DNA of 64,000 nucleotides from Vicinamibacterales bacterium (GCA_964202965.1 CAXNKG010000003.1:23032-87031); one strand, 5' to 3'; shown: positions 1 through 9,430, numbered from the stretch's first letter. Numbers and translations are program-made. Notes: generated by a model from the letters alone, not told the origin.

Positions 1-2825
1 CTGGCAAACTGCGGCGTTTCGACCCCTGCCGTCAGATTGGCGATGTGGGTTCGGTTCGAGGCGCAATTGCCGCGATCGGCGTGTGGGTTGTCAGGGTCCG
101 AGAAGCCGCCAGCGGGCTGCTCGAAGCCCACTGAGATCACGTCGCCGAAGCAGTACGCCCATGTGTAGTTTCCGCTGAGGCTCACACCATTGGTGGCGCG
201 GCGGCGCATGGACAGCTTCAGGCCACGATAACTCTGCGTGCTGATGTCGACGAACTTATCAAGCGTGCCGATGAGCCGCCCCTCCTTCGGGTTCTCCAGC
301 GACAACTGGCGCCGCTCGTTCACGTTGGCGTTGTTGGTGCACGACGCGTAGAACACGCCGTTGAGCGTGCAGGGGCCGAGGCCCAGGAAGACGCCAGGGT
401 TCAAGGCCAGCTTGTTCCAGAAGCGGTCCGAGTACGTGCCCAGATAGCTTGCCGACACCCCCCAGTCCGTCCCAAGCTGCCGTTCGATGGTGACGTTCCA
501 CGACTGCACGCGGGGCGAATTGATGTCTCGGTCCACCGCGCCGAACGCTCCGTAGGGCGGAAACTGCACATCCGCACTGGCGACAACCGGGTGCGGGTCG
601 CCACCGAGGTGTCGATAGGGATTGTCAAACCCGCCCGGCGGATCTTCCAACCGGATGAGGCTGGCGAACGGCGGTGCTGCGACGTGGTGAAGCTGGAACT
701 CCGCGATCGGGAATGTATACGCGAGCGAGTAGGAGGAGCGCAGCGCCATGCGACCGTCCCCGGTCATGTCCCAGGCGATCCCGACGCGCGGAGAAAAATT
801 CCGCCATTGTGTGTCCATGCCCGTCTGGCCGTCAGGAAAGCCAGGGTCGCCTGTGTAGCTGAGACCGGCGGGCGCGTTTCGGTACACGGTGCTCTTGGCG
901 CCCTGTCGGAAGGCGTCGAGACTGAAATTGGAGATGGCGTTGTTCAACATCTTCTGCCCGAAGAACGGCTCCCAGCGAAGACCCGCGTTCACGGTCACCC
1001 GGTCCGTCGCCCTCCAGGTGTCCTGAGCGTACGTCCCCATGTAGAGTTGGGTCATATCCATGAGGATGGGTCCGCCGTGCTCCAAGACAGACACTCTACC
1101 CGCCATAAAGTCTGCGATCCCCAGGCCGGTGATCTGACCGCTGAAGGTCCAGTTGCCGCCGGACCGCGCGTGGGTACGCTGGTCGGACTCCCAATACGCC
1201 ACGTTCGCGCCGATGGCCATCTGGTGGCGCCCCCGAACCAGCGTGAGGTCGTCCGAGACCTGGTAGGAATTGGTCTCGAACAGGCCCGTGGCCGCCGTTC
1301 CCCCTGAAATGTTGAACCCGGTGGTCACCGCGATGACCGTGTGTCCCGGGTCGTAGGTGTACAGGTCGGAGCCCACCGAATAGGGATCGAGAAACGGCGG
1401 GTTGCTGCGATCGACGGCTGTCCGATTGAACACCACGCGCAGCGAGTTGACCCCGTTGGAGCCGAACACGGTCGTATCGCCCAGGGCCAGCGACTGGGCC
1501 AGCGTGTCCCGGCCTGCCACGCTCGTCGTCAGGATGTTATCCGTCTGGGAATAGGGCGGGGGCCTCTTCTCAAAGGTGGCCATATACCGCCCGAACAAGG
1601 TTCGATTGGCGCTCCATTGGAAGTCGACCCTGGCCACCGTCTGCCCCTCTTTCCCGTTCCCCGGCAGGCCGTACCTGATCTCACCACACGGATCGGTCGT
1701 GCTCGGCAGCTTCGCGACGGTCTTCACGGCGGCGGGGCTGAACAGCGCGGGATTGATCCGGTTATTCACGAACGGCGCGCGCAGGGTGATCTGCCGGCCG
1801 CTATTGCACGCGGGCGAGGCGAAGGCGGTAAAGTCGCCGGCCATCATGGCGGCGGTCGGCACGTAGGCGAGGTTGTCGGTGGGCGTCTGTTTGAGCCTCG
1901 TGCCCTGGTACGCGCCAAAGAAGAAGAGCCTGTCGGCGACAATCGGTCCGCCCAGCGTCCCGCCGAACTGGTCGCGCCGCAGACCGTCATCTCTGCGCTT
2001 GCCGCCCGGACCCAGGGCGGCGAACGGAGCGGTCGCGTTGAACCGCTTGTCTCGGAGGAACTCAAACAGATTTCCGTGGAAGGCGTTGGTGCCGGATTTG
2101 GTGACCGCGTTGACAGAAGCTCCTGTGTGCATTCCGCTCTCGGCCGACAAGCCGCTGGTCGCCACCCGGAACTCCTGGAGCGCGTCGGGGAAGGGGAGCG
2201 GCAGGTTCAGGTTGTCATGCGGATTGTTGTGCATCGCTCCGTCGAGCAGGTAGGCCACGCTGGCGCCCTGTCCGCCGGCGACGGCGACGGCCACGCCCCC
2301 GGTGATACTCCGGGCGGACGCGACGCCCGCCTGGACGGCCGCGCCGGCCAGCACGATGAGGTCCGTGACCTGGCGCCCCTGGAGCGGCAGTTCCACGATC
2401 CGCTCGTTCTCGACCACCTCGCTGATGCCGGCGCTCCGGACATCCACGAGCGGCGTGGCCGCTTCCACGGACACAGTCTCTTCCAGGCTCCCGACCGCCA
2501 GCACCGCATTGATGGTCGGCGACGCCGCGACCTGTAGCACGAGGCCGGTCTGGACGTAGGTGCGGAATCCCTGCAGCGACACCTCCAGCCGATACGGGCC
2601 GGTCGGCAGGTTCGGCAGCACGTAGGCGCCGTTCTCATCGGTCACGATGGTGCGCGTGAGCCCGGTGTCGGTCTGCGTCACAGTGACGGTGACGCCAGGT
2701 AGCACGCCGCCGCTCTGATCTCGGACCGTGCCGCTGAACTGCGCGGTGGCCTGCGCCCAGGCGGCCGCGCCGGTCAGCAGAACAATCTGCGCGCCGATGG
2801 CGCATACCCGTAGAATCCGTGTCAT
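1..2825 (-). CDS. TonB-dependent outer-membrane receptor with N-terminal carboxypeptidase-regulatory-like domain (3' end runs off the left edge)
   Basis: Absent from the ORF track because no stop is reached. My translation of the minus strand from ATG 2825 gives MTRILRVCAIGAQIVLLTGAAAWAQATAQFSGTVRDQSGGVLPGVTVTVTQTDTGLTRTIVTDENGAYVLPNLPTGPYRLEVSLQGF..., i.e. signal peptide plus CarboxypepD_reg-type beta-sandwich, then receptor-like sequence open to position 1. GGAGG lies about 8 nt upstream. The + ORFs 591..1307 and 1341..2537 are its antisense shadows. Confidence 0.85.
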   Translation of the reverse strand, partial: MTRILRVCAIGAQIVLLTGAAAWAQATAQFSGTVRDQSGGVLPGVTVTVTQTDTGLTRTIVTDENGAYVLPNLPTGPYRLEVSLQGFRTYVQTGLVLQVAASPTINAVLAVGSLEETVSVEAATPLVDVRSAGISEVVENERIVELPLQGRQVTDLIVLAGAAVQAGVASARSITGGVAVAVAGGQGASVAYLLDGAMHNNPHDNLNLPLPFPDALQEFRVATSGLSAESGMHTGASVNAVTKSGTNAFHGNLFEFLRDKRFNATAPFAALGPGGKRRDDGLRRDQFGGTLGGPIVADRLFFFGAYQGTRLKQTPTDNLAYVPTAAMMAGDFTAFASPACNSGRQITLRAPFVNNRINPALFSPAAVKTVAKLPSTTDPCGEIRYGLPGNGKEGQTVARVDFQWSANRTLFGRYMATFEKRPPPYSQTDNILTTSVAGRDTLAQSLALGDTTVFGSNGVNSLRVVFNRTAVDRSNPPFLDPYSVGSDLYTYDPGHTVIAVTTGFNISGGTAATGLFETNSYQVSDDLTLVRGRHQMAIGANVAYWESDQRTHARSGGNWTFSGQITGLGIADFMAGRVSVLEHGGPILMDMTQLYMGTYAQDTWRATDRVTVNAGLRWEPFFGQKMLNNAISNFSLDAFRQGAKSTVYRNAPAGLSYTGDPGFPDGQTGMDTQWRNFSPRVGIAWDMTGDGRMALRSSYSLAYTFPIAEFQLHHVAAPPFASLIRLEDPPGGFDNPYRHLGGDPHPVVASADVQFPPYGAFGAVDRDINSPRVQSWNVTIERQLGTDWGVSASYLGTYSDRFWNKLALNPGVFLGLGPCTLNGVFYASCTNNANVNERRQLSLENPKEGRLIGTLDKFVDISTQSYRGLKLSMRRRATNGVSLSGNYTWAYCFGDVISVGFEQPAGGFSDPDNPHADRGNCASNRTHIANLTAGVETPQFA

Positions 2826-3069
2826 CACAGGCCTCCTCATGTTCCCGATTCCCGACCGCGCGCGAGCATCGATGAGCCGACGGCAAGAGACTGATGGCAA
2901 GTATTTATGGCTGCTGTGCGCACGGGTAGTATCAAGCCGACATTTCCTATTTGGCTTCCGAAGATCGGCCACATCCTACAACCGTTCGCTCTGCCCTGCT
3001 CGATTGGAGTCGTGCTGGTTCCGGTGGCGATCCACAGAGACGCCGTGCCGCACCTGCTCAGAACGCAGC

Positions 3070-3396
3070 TCACTGTGCCGCGGTGATCGAGTCCACCTGG
3101 ATCGTCTTGGTCCTGCCGTCGAGCACGCCCGTGACCTGCACTTTTTGTCCCGCGAACTTCTCCGGCGTCTGCTGGTCGCTCAGCGTGTAGACGGTTGTGC
3201 CATCACGGAGCACGTACTGGGCGCCGTGCGCGATGACGCAGGCCACCGTGCACTCGGCGTCGGTCGGCCCCATGCGCATGGAGGCATGACCGGCCGTGGC
3301 GCACATGTCGTCGGTGATGACCCCGGTGAACGTCTGCTTCTCCTGCGCCGCCGACAGCGCGCCCACCGCGAGCAGGCCTACGATCAGATGCTTCAT
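3070..3396 (-). CDS. small secreted cysteine-containing protein (DUF5818-like, tentative)
   Basis: 108 aa with signal peptide MKHLIVGLLAVGALSAA. Conserved-looking FTGVITDDMCATAGH...CTVACV...YVL...VYTL...FAGQKVQVTG pattern. Confidence 0.6.
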   Translation of the reverse strand: MKHLIVGLLAVGALSAAQEKQTFTGVITDDMCATAGHASMRMGPTDAECTVACVIAHGAQYVLRDGTTVYTLSDQQTPEKFAGQKVQVTGVLDGRTKTIQVDSITAAQ

Positions 3397-3412
3397 GACG
3401 CCCTCCAGAACA

Positions 3413-3438
3413 CGTGCGCAGGCTCACGCCTGCGCACG
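3413..3438 (-). terminator. perfect GC-rich hairpin downstream of the 3459..4046 gene
   Basis: CGTGCGCAGGC-TCAC-GCCTGCGCACG: 11-bp stem, 4-nt loop, no U tract. Same core as the hairpin at 22187..22206. Confidence 0.45.
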
Positions 3439-3458
3439 GCACACTGGTGAAAACCGGA

Positions 3459-4046
3459 TCAATGTCCAGGAATCATGATGTGCGCGGTCGACGTCCCGGC
3501 ATTCATGATCCACGCACCGCCCATTTTCGGATTGTCGGGCAATCCCGTTGACTGGGTCGTCGCACCCGGTGTGGCGACGGTCATGTGTGGGCGCGCGCGC
3601 GCCTGGTCGGGTCCACTCAGGTTGTGAAACCCGGACCCGTACTCGGGCTTGACGCGGGTTCCGTCCTTTTCCGACGCGTCGAGCATCGCCTGTTTCTTGT
3701 CGCCCATGGCTTCGAATGTCAGATTCTGCGCGACACGGACGAGATTGGCGATGCTGGTGCACTCAATCGAGAACGCCGGCTGTCCGGCCTGTCCCGATCG
3801 GTCGTAGCACACCAGACGGTTCGTGCCCTTCCTCAGCGTGTCGTACGTGAAATCCGGTTTCCACTTGACGACCGTGGCCTGGTCGCGCTGGTTGGCGGGA
3901 GCCGCGAGCACGGCCTTGTCGACGTCGGCCTGCGACGCCCCCTGCTCCAGTGGCGGGAGCGGCGGGGCTGCGCCGCGGCCCTCCTGCGCAAAAACGCTGG
4001 TCGAAACGAGCAGCGCACCAACAATGAGAGTAACGAGACGTGTCAT
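3459..4046 (-). CDS. secreted hypothetical protein
   Basis: 195 aa with signal peptide MTRLVTLIVGALLVSTSVFAQ. Coding-like composition; no family recognised. Confidence 0.6.
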   Translation of the reverse strand: MTRLVTLIVGALLVSTSVFAQEGRGAAPPLPPLEQGASQADVDKAVLAAPANQRDQATVVKWKPDFTYDTLRKGTNRLVCYDRSGQAGQPAFSIECTSIANLVRVAQNLTFEAMGDKKQAMLDASEKDGTRVKPEYGSGFHNLSGPDQARARPHMTVATPGATTQSTGLPDNPKMGGAWIMNAGTSTAHIMIPGH

Positions 4047-4269
4047 GGCGTGACCTCCACTTGAATGGCTTGGAACGTTCTTGCCGGCGAGCGAACACTA
4101 TATCGTGGCGCACACTCGCCCGTTGCCGATTGTTGAGGAGCAACGGGCCGGCTCGATGACGCTACAATTTGCCACATTTCTCCCCGCCATCCAGGCGGCA
4201 AATTGCGCTACCCTTCCACCCCGAATTCGTACTGGACCGCGAACCCCACTGCGTCGCTGGAGGCACCCT

Positions 4270-5001
4270 ATGATGCGCACCGCCGCCTTCGTTATTACGT
4301 TCTTCGTTTCGACCGCCGGCCTCGCGGCGGCCCAGGAGTGGGCCGAGTTCCAAAGCATTCGGGACGGCTTCACGGTCACGTTCCCCGGTCAGCCGACCGT
4401 GAAGGACGCCACCTGGAAATCCCAGCAGAACTACGTCCTGCCGGCCCGGCAGTACACCGCCGACCGGGGCCGTGCCCACTACTCGATCACGGTGGTCGAC
4501 TACAGGGGCATCGAGCGGATGGCCCAGGAGCGCGTGAAGACGTGTCCGGCAGGCGCGCCGCTTTGTGTGGGCACCGCTCTGGGGGGATTCGGCATGTGGA
4601 AGCACGACGTGCGGGAGGCGCCTCTCTTCGCCACGATGCAGTTCCTTCAGCGCGACGCGAAGCTGACCGACCTCTCCTGGAGTCAGCACGACATGGTGGT
4701 GGGCCAGGAGTTGCAAATGCTCAACACCGACCAGTCGCGCACCTACGGCTATGTCGCCATGCACGACATGAGGCTCTACATCCTGGAAGCGACGATTCCC
4801 GCTGGGGATCCGCCCGCGACGCTGTTCCAGTCGTCGATGTCCTGGGTGGATGCCAGCGGCAGCGGCATCCGGTACCAGACGATGTACAGCAACGAGTTCC
4901 ACGGTCTGGGGGTGTATCCCGTGCCGGCACGGGCGCCGGCCGCCGTGGGCGCGCCGGCCGCCGCACCGCCGGAGCGGGGCGGCAACGCCGGGGCCCGCTA
5001 G
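4270..5001 (+). CDS. secreted hypothetical protein
   Basis: In-frame ATG at 4270 inside track ORF 4081..5001, preceded by GGAGG. Starts MMRTAAFVITFFVSTAGLAAAQEW (signal peptide). Pro/Ala-rich C-terminus. Confidence 0.6.
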   Translation: MMRTAAFVITFFVSTAGLAAAQEWAEFQSIRDGFTVTFPGQPTVKDATWKSQQNYVLPARQYTADRGRAHYSITVVDYRGIERMAQERVKTCPAGAPLCVGTALGGFGMWKHDVREAPLFATMQFLQRDAKLTDLSWSQHDMVVGQELQMLNTDQSRTYGYVAMHDMRLYILEATIPAGDPPATLFQSSMSWVDASGSGIRYQTMYSNEFHGLGVYPVPARAPAAVGAPAAAPPERGGNAGAR

Positions 5002-5057
5002 GCCAGCCGGCCATGACTACACCCGCCGGAAGGCGGTTACGAGAGGAGTTGCCCATC

Positions 5058-5576
5058 ATGCACAGCCGCCAGTTTCGGATTCGTGTCGCGACGATGACCC
5101 TGCTCCTCGGCCTGGCCTCGACGGCAATGGCGCGGGCGCAGCAGCCGGCGATGACGGACGCAGACGTCGCCCGGGTCAAGACCGAAGTGACCGCCGCCCT
5201 GGACACGTACTACGCCTACTTCTCGGCGCGCAACCTGAAGGCGCTGCCCGAGGAGATCTTCAACATCCCGTGGATCGTGATCGACGGGTCCGGACCGCAG
5301 GCGGATCTGACCAGGGAGCAGGCGCTGGCGCGATTCGAGGGCTCTGTGAAGACCCTGGTCGCCAGCGGCTGGGGCAAGTCGGTGTTCACCACCCAGAGCG
5401 TATGCGTGCTGAACGCCAGCGCGGCGATCGCCAGCGGCTACAATACGCGCTACAAGGCCGATGGCAGCGTGATGTCGGTAGGCGGCGTGTCGTACCTGTT
5501 CGGCCGGACGACGCAAGGATGGCGCGTGGTGTCCTACACGGGCCACGCCCGCGACAAGGTGGTGCGCTGTGACTGA
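5058..5576 (+). CDS. NTF2-like (SnoaL/DUF4440-type) secreted protein
   Basis: Only the last 172 aa of track ORF 4203..5576 look real. ATG 5058 follows GAGAGGAG. Signal peptide MTLLLGLASTAMARAQ, then an NTF2-fold-like sequence ending WRVVSYTGH. Confidence 0.55.
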   Translation: MHSRQFRIRVATMTLLLGLASTAMARAQQPAMTDADVARVKTEVTAALDTYYAYFSARNLKALPEEIFNIPWIVIDGSGPQADLTREQALARFEGSVKTLVASGWGKSVFTTQSVCVLNASAAIASGYNTRYKADGSVMSVGGVSYLFGRTTQGWRVVSYTGHARDKVVRCD

Positions 5577-5656
5577 GTCGCGCTCCCGGCATGGATCGGC
5601 GCATCGGCCGCCGTCTGCAGAGAATGTGTGAGCAGGTTCACAACAGCAGGCCCGGG

Positions 5657-5959
5657 CTACTGACCGGCGCGGCGACGGACTTCAGCTAAGAGCGGGTCCT
5701 CGGCAGCTTTCGCACGGATGTTGAGATAGACGCGGTATGACTCGGCACACTCCGCGCTGTTGAGGCCCTGCCGGGCTCGGCCCTGGTAGTAATAGACCCA
5801 CGGGAGATACCCAAAGGCGGGCTCCTCGTCCAGGAACAGCTCGCCGCGGCTGTTGAGGCTCCGGTCACACTCGGAATCGGCCTGCAGGAACAGACCGGCT
5901 GCCACATACGCTCGCCCAAGGTCGAAGCGGCCAATCCATGTAGGGAACAGAACGTCGGC
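5657..5959 (-). pseudogene. remnant of the C-terminal TPR-like end of a larger protein
   Basis: Open frame ADVLFPTWIGRFDLGRAYVAAGLFLQADSECDRSL...YYYQGRARQGLNSAECAESYRVYLNIRAKAAEDPLLAEVRRRAGQ. It is bounded upstream by an in-frame TAG (5960..5962), with more similar-looking sequence beyond. No credible start or RBS. Confidence 0.3.
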
Positions 5960-7154
5960 CTACTCATCCTCGAGTCCCGCCTCCATGTTGAATCGTACCG
6001 GGGTCGCAAGAACAGGGACAAGACGAGAATCCGACCACCAGAGGCGCGCAACGACCGAGTTCCAGGCCCGCTCTAATGCCGTTGCTGGCGTTTATCGGCC
6101 TGGCGGCGGGCATCGCCTTCTCCGGGACCTACTACTACCTAAGAACCGAGCAGCGCTTCCGGCTTGCGGCAGAACAGGAACTCCTCGCCATCGCCGATCT
6201 GAAGGTGGGTCAACTGGTGTCGTGGCGTGACGAACACATCATGGATGCGAGGGTCCTGGGCACTGTGTGGGAGAGGGGCGACGCGGCGCGCTTCGTTGCG
6301 CAGCCGAACGACGCAGCCGCGCGACGTGCACTGACGGAGGTGCTGGAGCAGGTCACGGCAGCATACGGCTATGAAGAGGCTCAGGTGTTGGATAGCAAGG
6401 GGGTCTCGCTCCTTACCGTGCGCGCCGTGGGCAGCCAAGCAGACTCCACGCTGGTCCAGACAGCCACCGATGCCCTGCGGGCCGGTCAGGTCACGATTGA
6501 GGACCTTTACCGAAGCGACTCCGACCAGCAGATCTATCTGCGGGTGATAGCTCCGTTCTTCAGTATGGCGGATGCCAGCCAACCGCTGGGCGTGATCGCT
6601 CTGCGCCTGAAGCCGACGGCCTTCCTCTATCCGTTCATTCAGTCCTGGCCGGTGCCCAGTGAGACCGGCGAGACGCTGCTCGTTCGACGAGATGGAGACA
6701 GCGTCCTGTACCTGAACGACCTGCGGTTCCAGGCGCAAGCGGCCCTCAACGTGCGGGGCTCACTCCGAGGGAACGACCTCCCGGCGGCCCGGGCGGTCAT
6801 GGGGCAGACGGGAATCATGGAGGGAATGGACTACCGCGGCGTGCGGGTGATGGCCGCCCTGCGCATGGTTCCGGATTCGTCCTGGTTTCTGGTGGCGAAG
6901 AAGGACCTGGCGGAGGTGACTGCACCGGGCAGGGCGCTGCTGTGGCCGGTGGTCTTACTGATGGGCGTTACGATCCTCGGTGCCGGCCTCGGCGTGAATC
7001 TGTCCTGGCAGCGACAGGCTCTCCACCACTACCGGCAGCAGGCGGGGGCAGACGAAAAGATGCGCGACAGCGAGCTGAAATTCCGCACCTTGTTCGACAC
7101 AACGACCGACGCCCACATGTTGCTTGCCGACGGTCTCTTCGTGGACTGCAACGC

Positions 7155-7312
7155 CACGACGGCCCACTGGGAGGGGTGCTCAGCGCCGTGCTCCCTGACC
7201 ATCCGGATCGCCCGCTCTCGGACCTCCGGGGAATATCGACTCTGTCGTGCCATGGGCTCCATCCTCTCAAGGAATGAGCCCTCCCACGATCCCGGTACGA
7301 TTCAGAGAGTCA
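7155..7312 (-). mobile_element. IS3-family insertion sequence remnant (left end plus first ~30 codons of orfA)
   Basis: Minus-strand ORF 7029..7262 begins [34 protein letters not shown], typical of the IS3-family OrfA HTH N-terminus. It then runs into antisense kinase sequence. The outer end reads TGACTCTCTGAATCG... on the minus strand (TGA terminus typical of IS3 inverted repeats) and ends at 7312. The inner boundary is approximate. Confidence 0.55.
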
Positions 7313-7484
7313 CGTGGGCGAGTCCCCGGCGATCGTGCCCTGCGGATCGTACGTCATGCTTGCCATACGCGATTCCGGCGTCGGCATGGACGAGGCCACG
7401 CGCGCGCGCGCGTTCGAGCCGTTCTACACGACCAAGCCGCAGGGCAAGGGCACGGGGCTGGGGTTGTCTACCGTGTACGGCATC

Positions 7485-7526
7485 GTCAAGCAGAGCTCAG
7501 GCTTCGTCAAGCAGAGCTCAGGCTTC
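7485..7526 (+). repeat. perfect 21-bp tandem duplication inside the kinase ATP-binding domain
   Basis: GTCAAGCAGAGCTCAGGCTTC occurs twice back to back (7485..7505 and 7506..7526). This gives the in-frame [14 protein letters not shown]. Confidence 0.9.
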
Positions 7527-8082
7527 GCCTGGATCGACAGCACGGTCGGCCGCGGGACGACTGTCACGGTCTACCTGCCACGTGCGACCGGGGAGGCGCT
7601 GTCCCCCGGCGCGCCCAAAAAGACTGCAGCGCCCGGAGGGACCGCCGTAGCGCCACGCCCCGGCACCGGCACCATTCTCGTCGTTGAAGACAATCCCTCG
7701 CTTCGCAAGGTCGCCACTCGTATGCTCGAGTCCGGCGGCTACACCGTGCTTGGGGCCGGCACGGGGCCGGAGGCACTGAGCCTTCTGGCCCGCCAGGCAG
7801 GCCCGGTGTCCCTGGTGCTGACCGATGTGGTGATGCCCGGCATGAACGGGCGGGAACTCGCGGAGCAGATTGCGGAGTCCCACCCGGAGATCAGGGTGGT
7901 CTTCATGTCTGGGTACACCGAGGACGCCGTGTTGCTGCGCGGAGTGTCGGAGGCACACATGGCCTTCATCGGCAAGCCGTTCTCCAAGCCGCAGTTACTC
8001 GAGAAGGTTCACCAGGTTCTCAATTCGTAGACTGGCGCTGGCGTCCACCCCGCTTGAGTCGCACTCGGCTTTAGGCGTCGTC

Positions 8083-9345
8083 CTACTGCTTCTTGCCCTG
8101 ATCGTGCGGCACGACGACGCCCACGTTCGCCGTCGCCCTGTTGCCGGTGTCATCCGTGCACGTGACGGTCACCGTATACACCCGCCCGCTGCCATTGCCA
8201 CTGCGGGCCGCCCGCAGCCGAACGGACAGCGGACCGGTCACGGCGAGGTCGCCGGAGTCGCCCTCGTTGCTGGTCACTGACGTGACTTCGCAGGTCGGAT
8301 TGGCAGTGAAATCGTCAGTGGCGGTAACGGTGATTGAGACGTCCTTCATCGTGTCGTCTGGCGGCCACAGCGCATCGGGCGACGCCGACGTCGCCGTGAT
8401 CACGGGCGGCGTTGTGTCCACGACGCAGCCCTCAAAATCGCACGCCTGGTAGGCGGCGGTCTCGCCCGCCAGAGTGGAGATCATGTTGGGAGCATTGCCG
8501 CCGCTACGCCAGGCGATGAAGTTCGTGACCTTGTACGGCCCGTCGAGACCGCTCGAGCCGATGGCCGTACCGTCGAAGCGGAGGGGAAGGGTCCTCGCCC
8601 CAGCGGAAAAGAACCCACTGCCAGTCGCCATGCCGAGGTTCGTTCCGTCCGGAGCCTCGATCGCCGCGCTCCAGCGGTAGGTACCTGCTGCCGGATCTTC
8701 CAGGTTGACCAGGAAGCTGACGTCCAGATGCTCATACTTGCCATTGGAGTTCGTATCGACGCCGTGTTCGTCGATCCCGATCAGTGACATGCCGTGGCTG
8801 GTGGTCACCTCCTCCAGGATCAGGGCCGCCCAGTCGATGGCCGTGCACCAGACAAATTCTGCGTTGGCCGTATCGATCTCGATCGTCACGTCATTGCTCA
8901 CCGCTCCTGAGCCGCCGGTCGGAAACACGACCTTCGCGATCGGCACGTAGAACGAATTCAGGGTCCAGGCGTTGTTGATGCCCAGAAGATGTCCCAGGTT
9001 GAGCCCATTGAACGAGACGATGTCGACCTCCGGCTGGTAGCCAGGCACGTTCGCCTTGTCATCGACATCGAACGCCGGCATCAACAGTTTCGCGGTGGCC
9101 GGCAGGACGCTCGGGAGGCTATCGACCGGGATCTGAATGCGGAGCGGACTGCCATTGCGGAAGGTGCAGCCGGTATCGAGCCCGCCGCCGGAATCAATCA
9201 CGAAGACGTTGTTCGAGGGATTGGGCGGATCGATTGGCGCACTGCCGCTATGCGCTGCCCAGACGACGGCTGGCAGCGCCATCGTGAGAGCCGCGATACC
9301 GGCGAGTATCGACCTCGAAAGGGTCCTGCTTGCGAGTATTCGCAT
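8083..9345 (-). CDS. secreted protein with C-terminal Ig-like module
   Basis: ATG 9345 (MRILASRTLSRSILAGIAALTMALPAVVWA) follows AAGGAGG. The C-terminus carries the recurring LWPPDDTM...SNEGDSGD...LRAARSGNGSGRVYTVTVTCTD...VVVPHDQG module seen in many secreted bacterial proteins. Confidence 0.7.
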   Translation of the reverse strand: MRILASRTLSRSILAGIAALTMALPAVVWAAHSGSAPIDPPNPSNNVFVIDSGGGLDTGCTFRNGSPLRIQIPVDSLPSVLPATAKLLMPAFDVDDKANVPGYQPEVDIVSFNGLNLGHLLGINNAWTLNSFYVPIAKVVFPTGGSGAVSNDVTIEIDTANAEFVWCTAIDWAALILEEVTTSHGMSLIGIDEHGVDTNSNGKYEHLDVSFLVNLEDPAAGTYRWSAAIEAPDGTNLGMATGSGFFSAGARTLPLRFDGTAIGSSGLDGPYKVTNFIAWRSGGNAPNMISTLAGETAAYQACDFEGCVVDTTPPVITATSASPDALWPPDDTMKDVSITVTATDDFTANPTCEVTSVTSNEGDSGDLAVTGPLSVRLRAARSGNGSGRVYTVTVTCTDDTGNRATANVGVVVPHDQGKKQ

Positions 9346-9430
9346 CGGGAAATCCTCCTTACTCCTCAGATTGGCCACGCCGTAATACAGATTGCCACGG
9401 TACACCGTAAGTTATCGCTCTAAACCCGCC

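Larger units (their letters stand above)
6076..8030 (+). pseudogene. hybrid sensor histidine kinase/response regulator, disrupted by an internal deletion and an IS remnant
   Basis: Fragment 1 (6076..~7155) has an N-terminal TM, a Cache-like periplasmic sensor, a second TM, and the start of a PAS domain ([28 protein letters not shown]). Fragment 2 (from ~7313, different frame) starts mid HATPase_c ([48 protein letters not shown]) and continues into a complete REC domain. The rest of PAS, the HisKA/H-box and the N-box are missing. Confidence 0.7.

Noticed and set aside
591-2537. + strand ORFs 591..1307 and 1341..2537
   Set aside because: They are antisense to the TonB-dependent receptor that I translated from the minus strand. 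They are Arg/Gly/Pro-rich with no domain signatures.
4071-4085. Sigma-54 promoter-like TGGAAC-GTTC-TTGCC upstream of the 4270..5001 gene
   Set aside because: The spacing between the GG and GC elements is one nt too short and the -24 element lacks the GC of TGGCAC. No other sigma-54-type element was convincing, so no promoter is called.
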